Source of the DNA: a virus
Taxonomy: Duplodnaviria > Caudoviricetes
DNA length: 26,850 bases
IMG/VR virus record: IMGVR_UViG_3300020042_001662
Coordinates: 1-26,850 of that record
Strand: one strand, 5' to 3'
A model generated the notes under the pieces. It ran no database searches, was not told the DNA's origin, and was given only the letters and a program-made list of their open reading frames with translations. Each line of letters opens with the position of its first letter. The first letter of the stretch is position 1. Positions 9,618 through 18,135 of this stretch are shown one piece after another. The translations under genes and the position numbers were made by a program.

Positions 9618-9838
9618 TTGACATCACCAAGGCCAAGGCCATCACGCATGATGCGCGTAGAGCAGCACGCTCTGCTGAGTTTGCACCGCTGGACATCAAG
9701 GCATCTATCCCGTCTGAGGCTGTAGCTGCTGAAGAAGCCCGTGCAGCCATCCGTACCAAGTACGCAGAGATGCAGGAGGCTGTTGACGCTGCTGCTGATG
9801 TGGCTGCTTTGAAAACCATCATGGAGCAACTCGCATGA
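9605..9838 (+). CDS. Small tail-fibre-assembly-like protein
   Basis: MGIVIDITKAKAITHDARRAARSAEFAPLD; GAGGAG RBS 7 nt before ATG 9605. Confidence 0.7.
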   Translation: MGIVIDITKAKAITHDARRAARSAEFAPLDIKASIPSEAVAAEEARAAIRTKYAEMQEAVDAAADVAALKTIMEQLA

Positions 9839-10866
9839 CAATCGCATACAGTGGTGACTCGATCACCTTCCCTGACAACAGCGTACAAAACACCGCTGCC
9901 ACGGGCTTCGGGTTCAAGAACCGCATCATCGACGGCGCAATGGTGATCGACCAGAGGAATGCTGGGGCTGCGGTAACCACAGAGGGATATTTGGTTGACC
10001 GCTGGCGTACTTACCGTGACCAAACCTATAGCATCCAGCAAGTGTCGGATGCTCCATCTGGCTTTTCATACTCTTTAAAAGTAACAAAAACCAGCACAAC
10101 TCAATCAACATACGCAGGTCTTATTCAATACATTGAAGGATTCAATACTGCTGATTTAACTTTTGGTACAGCAAGCGCATCAACAATAACACTTTCATTT
10201 TGGGTTAAATCTTCCGTTACGGGAACATTTACAGTAGCCATATCAAACAGTGCGGAAACACGCTGGTATGGAGCAACATACACAATTAACAGTGCAAACA
10301 CTTGGGAGCAAAAATCTGTAACCGTAGCTGGTGATACTTCTGGAACTTGGATTGGGGCTACAAATGGAACAGGTATACAGGTTTGGTTTAATTATGGTCA
10401 GGCTGCAACAGCACAAGCCGCTGGAGTATGGACAACATCCAGTAATGCCAGAGCCGCTACGGGAACTACAAGTTTAGGTACGACTAATAACGCAACATGG
10501 CAAGTCACAGGCGTACAGCTTGAGAAGGGCAGCACAGCCACCAGCTTTGACTACAGGCCGTATGGCACGGAGTTGGCGCTTTGTCAGCGGTATTTTGAGG
10601 TTGCCCAAGTTACTAGCACTAACTACGGAAACGGTTCAAACGGTGTTTACTGCCAAGTTCCTTTTAAGGCCATCAAAAGAGCAACACCAACAATGACGGA
10701 TGTTGGGTATAGTTACGGTGGATATTCTGTTGCGAACGCAACAAACAATGTTTCTCCCACTTTTGCTGACAATTTCTCAACAGCTCTTTCTGGTGCTTTA
10801 GCTTTTGGCGCTGGCTCTGGTTTTATGCGTTACAACGCCTTATGCACAGCTTCTGCGGAGTTATAA
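9835..10866 (+). CDS. Tail fibre / receptor-binding protein with carbohydrate-binding-like domain
   Basis: Motifs [55 protein letters not shown]. Confidence 0.8.
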   Translation: MTIAYSGDSITFPDNSVQNTAATGFGFKNRIIDGAMVIDQRNAGAAVTTEGYLVDRWRTYRDQTYSIQQVSDAPSGFSYSLKVTKTSTTQSTYAGLIQYIEGFNTADLTFGTASASTITLSFWVKSSVTGTFTVAISNSAETRWYGATYTINSANTWEQKSVTVAGDTSGTWIGATNGTGIQVWFNYGQAATAQAAGVWTTSSNARAATGTTSLGTTNNATWQVTGVQLEKGSTATSFDYRPYGTELALCQRYFEVAQVTSTNYGNGSNGVYCQVPFKAIKRATPTMTDVGYSYGGYSVANATNNVSPTFADNFSTALSGALAFGAGSGFMRYNALCTASAEL

Positions 10867-10867
10867 A

Positions 10868-11032
10868 ATGTATAAAATAAATTTATATTCAGAAACAAAA
10901 CAACCATCAAATTCTGTAACCCGCACCACAGATGGTGCTTGCATCCCCTTCGACCCAGCCAACACAGACTACCAAGCCTACCTCGCATGGCTGGCCGAGG
11001 GCAACACGCCAGAGGCCGCAGACGCGCCATGA
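10868..11032 (+). CDS. Small tail-fibre chaperone-like protein, 54 aa
   Basis: Motif [24 protein letters not shown]; ATG directly after fibre stop, GGAG upstream. Confidence 0.75.
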   Translation: MYKINLYSETKQPSNSVTRTTDGACIPFDPANTDYQAYLAWLAEGNTPEAADAP

Positions 11033-11259
11033 GCGACCACGATGTAACCCACCGAGAAATCTACGACAGGCTGGTGGCTGTTGAGGCCAAGGTGGACGGG
11101 CTGACGGAAAGCACCAAGGATGTGACGGCGGCGTTTGTCGCTGCACAGGGTGCGTTCCAAGTGCTGGAGACCCTGAGCAAGCTGGCCAAGCCACTGCTGT
11201 GGATCGGTGGCCTGGTCACAGCCCTTGTCGCGTTCTGGGATCACTTCAAGGTGCGCTGA
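11029..11259 (+). CDS. Coiled-coil protein with C-terminal TM helix (possible holin/lysis accessory)
   Basis: [23 protein letters not shown]...[15 protein letters not shown]; ATGA coupling. Confidence 0.65.
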   Translation: MSDHDVTHREIYDRLVAVEAKVDGLTESTKDVTAAFVAAQGAFQVLETLSKLAKPLLWIGGLVTALVAFWDHFKVR

Positions 11260-11384
11260 TGGACGCATTGCCACCCGACCCACCGGCCATCGTGAAGAAG
11301 GCCGAGTTCCAGTGCGTCAGGTGGTCGTGGTCATCTGACCGGCTGCTGGTCTGGTGCCTTCAGTGGCGTGAGAGAAAACAGTGA
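11259..11384 (+). CDS. 41-aa Cys/Trp-rich hypothetical protein
   Basis: MDALPPDPP...CVRWSWSSDRLLVWCLQW; TGATG and GTGA coupling on both sides. Confidence 0.6.
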   Translation: MDALPPDPPAIVKKAEFQCVRWSWSSDRLLVWCLQWRERKQ

Positions 11385-11872
11385 TCGATCCGCTAACGGC
11401 GCTGGCCGGCATACAGGCAGCGGTCGCGCTCATCAAGAAGGTCAGCAAGACCGTCGATGATGTGTCTTCACTCGGCCCTGTGCTGGGCAAGTACTTTGAC
11501 GCCAAGTCAACGGCAAGCAAGGCGGTTGTCGCGGCCAAGAAGTCCAAGTCTAGCATGGGCACGGCCATCCAGATTGAGATGGCGCTCGATCAGGCCAAGC
11601 GGTTTGAAGATGAGCTGCAACTGCTGTTCATGCAGTCCGGAAAAATTGATGTCTGGAACAAGATCAAGGCCAGAGCAGCGGCGATGGATGTCGAGGCGGC
11701 CCATGATGCACGCAGAGAAAAAGAAGCCGATAAAAAGCGCCAAGAGGAAGTGGACGAGATCATCACCATCCTGCTCATTCTGCTGGTGACATGCACGGTG
11801 CTCGGCGCCACCGGCTGGTTCGTGTACGAGGCCATGCAGCAATGCGCCGGCAAGTGCGGTTTTCAACAATAA
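11381..11872 (+). CDS. Membrane-anchored hypothetical protein
   Basis: 163 aa, helical, one C-terminal TM segment. Confidence 0.7.
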   Translation: MIDPLTALAGIQAAVALIKKVSKTVDDVSSLGPVLGKYFDAKSTASKAVVAAKKSKSSMGTAIQIEMALDQAKRFEDELQLLFMQSGKIDVWNKIKARAAAMDVEAAHDARREKEADKKRQEEVDEIITILLILLVTCTVLGATGWFVYEAMQQCAGKCGFQQ

Positions 11873-11881
11873 AGGACGGAC

Positions 11882-12295
11882 ATGTTTCCCCTCACAGCCC
11901 TACTTGAAGTCGGCGGCAAGCTGATTGACAAACTCATTCCAGACCCAGAGGCCAAGGCCAAGGCCCAGATGGACTTGGCCAAGATGGCACAGGATGGTGA
12001 GTTGGCCAAGATGGCGAACGACACCAAGCTCTACGAGGTTGAGCAGACCAATGTGACTGAGCGCTGGACCGCCGATATGAGCAGCGACTCATGGATGTCC
12101 AAGAACATCCGGCCAATGGCACTGGCTGCCATCTTCTTGGCCTACTTCTTGTTCACCACCATGAGCGCCTTCGGCTACAACGCACAGGAATCCTATGTCC
12201 AACTGCTGGGCCAGTGGGGCCAGATTGTGTTCTTGGCCTACTTCGGTGGCCGGACAGTCGAAAAGCTGGCTGAAATGAAAATGAACAAAAAATGA
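11882..12295 (+). CDS. Holin (GTA 3TM-holin-like)
   Basis: Motifs GGKLIDKLIPDPEAKAKA, RWTADMSSDSWMSKNIRP, YFGGRTVEK; hydrophobic helices; near endolysin. Confidence 0.8.
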   Translation: MFPLTALLEVGGKLIDKLIPDPEAKAKAQMDLAKMAQDGELAKMANDTKLYEVEQTNVTERWTADMSSDSWMSKNIRPMALAAIFLAYFLFTTMSAFGYNAQESYVQLLGQWGQIVFLAYFGGRTVEKLAEMKMNKK

Positions 12296-12450
12296 AAACA
12301 GGTCTTTATTCAAACATCAACGCAAAACAGGCACGCATCAAGGCCGGCTCTGGCGAGAAGATGAGGAAGCCTGGCACCAAGGGCGCACCCACCAACAAGG
12401 CGTTCAAGGTTGCGGCCAAGACCGCCAAGCCGGTCAAGAAGGCCAAGTAA
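12292..12450 (+). CDS. 52-aa Lys/Ala-rich basic protein (not in ORF track)
   Basis: Manual translation MKTGLYSNINAKQARIKAGSGEKMRKPGTKGAPTNKAFKVAAKTAKPVKKAK*; ATGA and TAATG coupling. Confidence 0.8.
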   Translation: MKTGLYSNINAKQARIKAGSGEKMRKPGTKGAPTNKAFKVAAKTAKPVKKAK

Positions 12451-12866
12451 TGAAATTGACCGAGCACTTCACGCTGGAAGAACTGACCACCACCAGCCAC
12501 CGCCAATTCGACAACACGCCCAACGATGCGGAGATGGCGAACTTGGTCAAGCTGGCCGAGTTTCTGGAAAAAGTCAAAACCTACCTTGACGGCAAGCCGA
12601 TCATGGTGAACAGCGCCTTCCGGTCTAAGCAGGTCAACGACTCAGTTGGCAGCAAGGACACCAGCCAGCACCGCACGGGCTGCGCGGCTGATATCCGAGT
12701 CCCAGGCATGACGCCAGACGCCGTGGTGAGGGCTCTGGTGGGCTCCAGCCTGCCGTTTGACCAGATCATCCGTGAGTTTGACGCATGGACGCACATCAGC
12801 ATCAGCGACACACCCCGCCGTCAGGCGCTCGTGATCGACAAGCAGGGCGTGCGCAGCTTTTCGTGA
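12450..12866 (+). CDS. Endolysin, peptidase M15A family
   Basis: Motifs LTEHFTLEEL, VNSAFRS, SQHRTGCAAD, WTHIS (His/Asp/His zinc ligands). Confidence 0.88.
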   Translation: MKLTEHFTLEELTTTSHRQFDNTPNDAEMANLVKLAEFLEKVKTYLDGKPIMVNSAFRSKQVNDSVGSKDTSQHRTGCAADIRVPGMTPDAVVRALVGSSLPFDQIIREFDAWTHISISDTPRRQALVIDKQGVRSFS

Positions 12867-12931
12867 CATGGCGGGTTGAAGTGCCTTGAGCCCCCATGTC
12901 GTGAGAAAATAGCGATTATTCAGGGGTCACA

Positions 12932-14413
12932 ATGGCATACATTCCGCTTCAAATTCCAGCCGGCGTCTACCGCAACGGCACAGAACTCCAGTCTGCTGGC
13001 CGCTGGTTTGACGCCAATCTGGTGCGCTGGAAAGAGGGCTCAATGCTGCCGGTTGGCGGCTGGCGCAAGCGCTCAAACAGCACCGTCACCGGCAAGGCTC
13101 GGGGCATGATTACTTGGCGCACCAATGCCGCCGAGCGATACATCGGCATCGGCACGCATTCCGGCCTGTACGCCTCCAATGAAGGCGGCGTCATCAAGAA
13201 CATCACGCCCACCGGCTTCACCTCCGGCAACGCTGATGCCGTGGTCAAGATAGGTTACGGGTACAGCACCTACGGCTCGTTCGCCTACGGCGTGGCCCGT
13301 CCCGACCTGACCGCCGTCATTCCGGCCACCACATGGGCGCTGGACACTTGGGGCGAGTACCTTGTCGGGTGCAGCAACTTTGACGGCAAGATTTACGAGT
13401 GGCAACTGGATTTCTCGACCCCAACGGTTGCGGCCCAGATCGCCAACTCGCCAATCAATTGCCAGTCGATGATGGTGACTGCGGAGCGTTTCGTCTTCGC
13501 GCTCGGCGCTGGCGGCAACCCCCGCAAGGTCGCGTGGTGCGACCAAGAAAACAACACAAGCTGGACGCCATCCACATCCAATCAGGCCGGCGACTACGAG
13601 ATTGCCACCACCGGCAGGCTGATGGCTGGCAAGCGCGTTCGGGGTGTGAACCTGCTGTTTACGGACACCGATGTCCACCAAAGCCAGTACATCGGCCAAC
13701 CGTATGTCTACAACTTTGAGAAGATCGGCAGCGGCTGCGGCCTAATTTCGCAGCAGGCTGTGGCCGCAGTGGACACGATGGCGGTCTGGATGAGCCGGTC
13801 CGGCTTCTGGATGTTTGACGGTTATGTCAAGCCCCTACCGTCTGATGTCAGCGATTATGTGTATCGCAACCTGAACACCAGCCAAGCCAGCAAGATCTAC
13901 GCTGTTCACAACAGTGCATTCCGCGAAATCTGGTGGTACTACCCTTCGGCCACATCGAACGAAGTTGACTCGTATGTATCGTTCAACTACCAAGAGGGCC
14001 ACTGGTCCATCGGCAGCTTGGCCCGTACCTGCGGCACCGACAGCGGCGTTTTTGTCAACCCGCTGCTGGTGAGTGTTGACGGCTATGTGTACGAGCACGA
14101 GGTCGGCTACGACTACGACAGCGCCACTCAGTTCGCTGAGTCCGGACCAGTGCAGATCGGCATCGGCGACAACCTGATGGCGGCGCGGCAACTGGTGCCC
14201 GATGAGTTGACGCAGGGCGAGGTCACCATGACATTCAAGACCAAGTTCTACCCGAACGGCGCTGAAACCTCGTTCGGCCCGTACAACATGGCTAACCCTA
14301 CCGATGTCCGGTTCACGGCGCGGCAGGTCAAGATGCGGGTGGAATCCAACGGGAATGACTCTTGGCGGCTCGGTATTCCACGGCTTGAGGCTGTGCAGGG
14401 TGGCAAGCGATGA
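12932..14413 (+). CDS. Tail nozzle / tubular protein B-like (P22 gp10 stabilisation-protein position)
   Basis: 493 aa beta-rich and Trp-rich; motifs VAWCDQEN, GSGCGLIS, EIWWYYPS; precedes ejection genes. Confidence 0.7.
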   Translation: MAYIPLQIPAGVYRNGTELQSAGRWFDANLVRWKEGSMLPVGGWRKRSNSTVTGKARGMITWRTNAAERYIGIGTHSGLYASNEGGVIKNITPTGFTSGNADAVVKIGYGYSTYGSFAYGVARPDLTAVIPATTWALDTWGEYLVGCSNFDGKIYEWQLDFSTPTVAAQIANSPINCQSMMVTAERFVFALGAGGNPRKVAWCDQENNTSWTPSTSNQAGDYEIATTGRLMAGKRVRGVNLLFTDTDVHQSQYIGQPYVYNFEKIGSGCGLISQQAVAAVDTMAVWMSRSGFWMFDGYVKPLPSDVSDYVYRNLNTSQASKIYAVHNSAFREIWWYYPSATSNEVDSYVSFNYQEGHWSIGSLARTCGTDSGVFVNPLLVSVDGYVYEHEVGYDYDSATQFAESGPVQIGIGDNLMAARQLVPDELTQGEVTMTFKTKFYPNGAETSFGPYNMANPTDVRFTARQVKMRVESNGNDSWRLGIPRLEAVQGGKR

Positions 14414-14613
14414 AGCTGCCAAAGTCTGCCGTCCGCTACGATCCACTGGATCAGGACATGACGCGAAGCATCATCGAGCGCGATGATTTGCAGAACTTCA
14501 AGCGCAATCAGGATGTCGAGATCCGGACTCGCCTGATTCTGGCCAGCCCAAACGGCACGCGGTATCAAATCACAGTCAGCAACGCTGGCGCATTGGTGGT
14601 GACTGCCCTATGA
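14410..14613 (+). CDS. Hypothetical virion protein
   Basis: 67 aa, LILASPNGTRYQITVSNAGAL; coupled on both sides. Confidence 0.65.
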   Translation: MKLPKSAVRYDPLDQDMTRSIIERDDLQNFKRNQDVEIRTRLILASPNGTRYQITVSNAGALVVTAL

Positions 14614-14984
14614 GCGACACATTTTCAGAACTCAATCGCTGTCGCAAATTCATCGAGGCGGCTTTAGAATACTCACAGGGCACACACACATTTGACGATA
14701 TTGCGGCTGGTGTGTTGAGCCAGCGTTACCAGCTCTGGCCGAACCACAATTCGGCGGTGGTGACGGAGATAGTTGTCTACCCACGACTCAAGGACTTGCA
14801 CTTCTTCCTTGCCGGTGGAGACCTCGACGAACTCAAGATCATGCGTTCGCACATTGAAGGCTGGGGCAAGTCGGTGGGATGCACAAGGGTCTCGCTGGCT
14901 GGTCGCAAGGGCTGGGAGCGAACATTTTTGAAGGACGAGGGATATAAGCCCGAGTGGTTTATTCTTTCCAAGGAGTTGTTATGA
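14610..14984 (+). CDS. GNAT-like small protein (T7 gp13-like position)
   Basis: LHFFLAGGDL...WGKSVGCTRVSLAGRKGW pattern; between nozzle and ejection proteins. Confidence 0.55.
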   Translation: MSDTFSELNRCRKFIEAALEYSQGTHTFDDIAAGVLSQRYQLWPNHNSAVVTEIVVYPRLKDLHFFLAGGDLDELKIMRSHIEGWGKSVGCTRVSLAGRKGWERTFLKDEGYKPEWFILSKELL

Positions 14985-15658
14985 GTCTCGGTGGACGGCA
15001 AATTACGGAAGACGATATTCGCCAGTACTTGGCAATGCAGGGCAATGCGCCAGCAGCGGCTCCTGCCATGAGCCCGTACATGGACCCCACAGCGATGGCC
15101 CAGCAGGCCATTCTTGCCCGTCCGATGCGGCCATCGTTCACCGGCCAGCCACTGCTGTCCCGTGAGGTGCCACTGGGCATTCAGGGCGATACAGGTCTGG
15201 CGTACCCGAGCATGGCCAGCACCGGACTGCTGAATGTCCCGAGCTACACCAGCCGGTACGCTGGCACTGATAGCGGTGGCGGCAACTACGGCGGTGGACA
15301 AGAAACCACTGCCGGCGGCTTGAATACATACGGCTCCAACAACTCACTGAGCAATGGCTTGGTCGGTGCGCTGCTGGGTAATTTGTCGCAACCCTCATTG
15401 AGCATTCCTGTGGACAACATGGGCACTTACGCAAACCAGCCCGCATTTAATTTTGGTAGTTCTATGTCTGGAGTCGGCAATCCTGCTGAGCAGGCGGCTG
15501 CCGAAGCCGCAGCGGCAAACAATGTGGCCGCCGGATTGGCTGCGGCTGCTGATGCCGAGGCGGCAGCCCAAGGTGGTGGTGGCGGCTACAGCGCTAGCGA
15601 CTATGGTGGATACAGTGGCTCTGAAACTCAATCTAGCGGCGAATCCTATGCAAACTAA
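14981..15658 (+). CDS. Low-complexity Gly/Ala/Ser protein, possible internal virion protein
   Basis: AAGGAG RBS before ATG 14981; 225 aa, disordered-looking. Confidence 0.6.
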   Translation: MSLGGRQITEDDIRQYLAMQGNAPAAAPAMSPYMDPTAMAQQAILARPMRPSFTGQPLLSREVPLGIQGDTGLAYPSMASTGLLNVPSYTSRYAGTDSGGGNYGGGQETTAGGLNTYGSNNSLSNGLVGALLGNLSQPSLSIPVDNMGTYANQPAFNFGSSMSGVGNPAEQAAAEAAAANNVAAGLAAAADAEAAAQGGGGGYSASDYGGYSGSETQSSGESYAN

Positions 15659-15702
15659 GCTGCTGGACATGATTAATTCTGGAAAATTTAAGGGGTATTG
15701 AT

Positions 15703-16596
15703 ATGAGCAAGGGCGGCGGCACACAAACATCCACGACATCCATTGATCCGGATGTCAAGCAAGCGTACATGGGCAACTTGGGCTACGCCCAGCAGGTTGC
15801 CAACCAGCTTGGTACACAGCAGTTCGCTGGCTACAACCCGCAGTACACAGCCGGCGAGGCTCAGATCGAGCAAGCCGCGCAAGGTGGCGTGGGTATGCAA
15901 AATCTGGACACCGCAGCGGAATTGACCCGTGCCGGTGCCGGATATGTGCCGCAGCAGATCGGTGCGGATCAGGCGGCAATCCAGTCGTACCTCAACCCGT
16001 ACACGCAGGAGGTCATCAACACCGGCCTGACCGATCTGGAGAAGGCTCGGCAGGCTGCCGTGCAGCAGACCGGCCAACAGGCGATGCAGGCCAAGGCGTT
16101 TGGCGGTTCGCGTCAAGGCGTGGCCGAGGCTCTTACCAATCAGCAGTACGGCACCCAAGCCGGCAACATGATTGCGAACCTGCGCAGTCAGGGCTACACG
16201 CAAGCCTTGAATGCTGCACAGCAGGCGGCACTGGCCAACCAAGCCGCAGGTATGCAGGGCGCTCAGTTCCGCATGGGTGCGGCCAGCCAGTTGGGCGGCT
16301 TGGGTCAGCAGCAGACTGCCGGCCAATACGCTGGTGGCCAAGCCCTTATGGGTCTGGGTGGTGCCCGTCAGCAGTTCGCACAGCAGCAGCTTGACGCACA
16401 GCGCAATCTGAACTTGCAGCGTCTGAGCCTGATGCAGGGCGCAATCGGCCTGAACCCTGCCAACTTGGGTGGGACAAGTTCAACGCCGACCTACAGCAAC
16501 CCAGCGGCTGGTGCCCTTGGTGGTGCAATGGCTGGCAGTGCCATGTTTGGCCCTGCTGGAGCCATCGGTGGTGGTCTGCTCGGCATGTTTAGTTAA
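15703..16596 (+). CDS. DNA ejection/pilot protein 1
   Basis: MSKGGG start; Gln/Ala/Gly rich; YLNPY and AFGGSRQGVAE motifs; C-terminal glycine zipper. Confidence 0.7.
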   Translation: MSKGGGTQTSTTSIDPDVKQAYMGNLGYAQQVANQLGTQQFAGYNPQYTAGEAQIEQAAQGGVGMQNLDTAAELTRAGAGYVPQQIGADQAAIQSYLNPYTQEVINTGLTDLEKARQAAVQQTGQQAMQAKAFGGSRQGVAEALTNQQYGTQAGNMIANLRSQGYTQALNAAQQAALANQAAGMQGAQFRMGAASQLGGLGQQQTAGQYAGGQALMGLGGARQQFAQQQLDAQRNLNLQRLSLMQGAIGLNPANLGGTSSTPTYSNPAAGALGGAMAGSAMFGPAGAIGGGLLGMFS

Positions 16597-16605
16597 GGGG
16601 ACATC

Positions 16606-18132
16606 ATGGCTGGATTCATGGATTACTTCACCGGCGGCACTGGCGGCACGGGCGGCACGGGCTTCGACCTGTTTGGCGCTGAAGCCAGTGGCATGAATGA
16701 CCTCCTGACTGCGCAGCAGCAGGAAGCTATTAAGCGCCAGAGCATGCTGGCGATGGCGGCTCAGTTGCTGCAAGCCGGTGGCCGGTCTACCCAGCGCACC
16801 AGCTTGGGCCAAGCACTTGGCCAAGGCGTCATGGCTGGCCAGCAGGCGCAAGAAAAGGGCACGACCGGCGCTGTCAACCAGATGCTGCTGCGTAGCAAGC
16901 TGGACGAGGCCAAGCGTGCGCAGGCTTTGGCTGGCCAGATCCAAGGCGTCTTTGCCGGTGGAATGCCAACCCAGCAGGATGCGGCACTGGCAGCGCCAGA
17001 GGCGGTGGCTGGCGCGGCAGGCCCAACAGTGCGGCGTGCCGCATTGGCGCAAGCTCCGACTGATGAAGTCAATACACGGGTGATGCAAGCTGCAAGATAC
17101 CAACAAGCTGCGGCCCTGTCGGCTGGTGATCCAACAAAAGCCAAGGCTTATTTGGACATGGCCGAGATGCTCAATCCACGGGCCGAAGTCACAGGTCAGC
17201 CGTTTGAGGTGACTGACGCATCGGGCAAGCCGATCATGGTCCAGCAAATGAAGTCTGGCGCTCTGCAAACCCTGCAGGGCTTCGGGCCCAAGCGTGACAT
17301 TGTTCTGCAAAACCTTGGCGGTCAGACTGTTGCAATCGACAAGTCACAAGCCACGGCGGGCCAAACTTATCAGCAGACCATGACGCCAGCCGAGTTGGCC
17401 AATCTGAAAATTGCTCAAGGCAACTTGGGCGTGGCTCAAAGTGGCTTAAAGTTGCGTCAAGACGAATTCAACCGTGGTGCATTCAAGATTGAGCAGACAC
17501 CAACTGGTTTGGCTTATGTGCCGACAACACCAGGTGGTGTTGCGATGCCCGTCATGGGTGCCGGCGGTCAGCAACTGGAAGGTGCTGGCGCAAAACCAAC
17601 AGAAGACCAGAGCAAATCAGCGGGCTTCCTGTACCGGATGAAGCAATCCAGCAACATCTTTAATCAGCCAGTGACGGACAAGGCTGGTAATCCAATGATG
17701 GACCCCAAGACGGGCAAGCCGGTTACCCTTGAGGAGGCATTCGGCCAGCCTGGTCGGTATCAGTCAATCATGCGGTCAATCCCCAGTGCTGGCTTGACCA
17801 CTGGGATTGCCGCAATGAGCGAAGACCCCAACCGGCAGATGTATCGTCAAGCCCAAGAGAACTGGGTCACGGCAAACTTGCGGCCTGAGTCCGGTGCTGT
17901 TATCGGTGCTGATGAAATGGAAAAAGAAATCCAAAAGTATTTTCCACAAACCAGTGACGCACCTGAAACAATTAAGCAAAAATCTCGTGCGAGGCGCGAT
18001 ACTGAACTTGCCATGCAGGTCCGTGCTGGTCCGGTTTTCAGGCAAATTGAGAAACTTACGGCGGCTCCTGCTGGTGCGGCTCGACTTGTACAAGACCCCA
18101 CGACTGGTGTTTATCGGTATGTAACGGAGTAA
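16606..18132 (+). CDS. DNA ejection protein 2 (putative)
   Basis: 508 aa Ala/Gln-rich helical; LRPESGAVIGADE..KYFP motif; position. Confidence 0.6.
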   Translation: MAGFMDYFTGGTGGTGGTGFDLFGAEASGMNDLLTAQQQEAIKRQSMLAMAAQLLQAGGRSTQRTSLGQALGQGVMAGQQAQEKGTTGAVNQMLLRSKLDEAKRAQALAGQIQGVFAGGMPTQQDAALAAPEAVAGAAGPTVRRAALAQAPTDEVNTRVMQAARYQQAAALSAGDPTKAKAYLDMAEMLNPRAEVTGQPFEVTDASGKPIMVQQMKSGALQTLQGFGPKRDIVLQNLGGQTVAIDKSQATAGQTYQQTMTPAELANLKIAQGNLGVAQSGLKLRQDEFNRGAFKIEQTPTGLAYVPTTPGGVAMPVMGAGGQQLEGAGAKPTEDQSKSAGFLYRMKQSSNIFNQPVTDKAGNPMMDPKTGKPVTLEEAFGQPGRYQSIMRSIPSAGLTTGIAAMSEDPNRQMYRQAQENWVTANLRPESGAVIGADEMEKEIQKYFPQTSDAPETIKQKSRARRDTELAMQVRAGPVFRQIEKLTAAPAGAARLVQDPTTGVYRYVTE

Positions 18133-18135
18133 AAG

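Noticed and set aside
7303-10866. Diversity-generating retroelement or invertase shufflon acting on fibre genes
   Set aside because: No reverse transcriptase or recombinase, no adenine-specific template/variable repeat pair, no inverted cassettes seen
12867-12931. Possible internal promoter before the nozzle gene
   Set aside because: Only a weak TGnGAAAAT with no properly spaced -35 box
16633-16662. GGCGGCAC(T/G) 9-nt tandem repeat
   Set aside because: Short in-frame Gly-Gly-Thr linker with no evidence of phase variation
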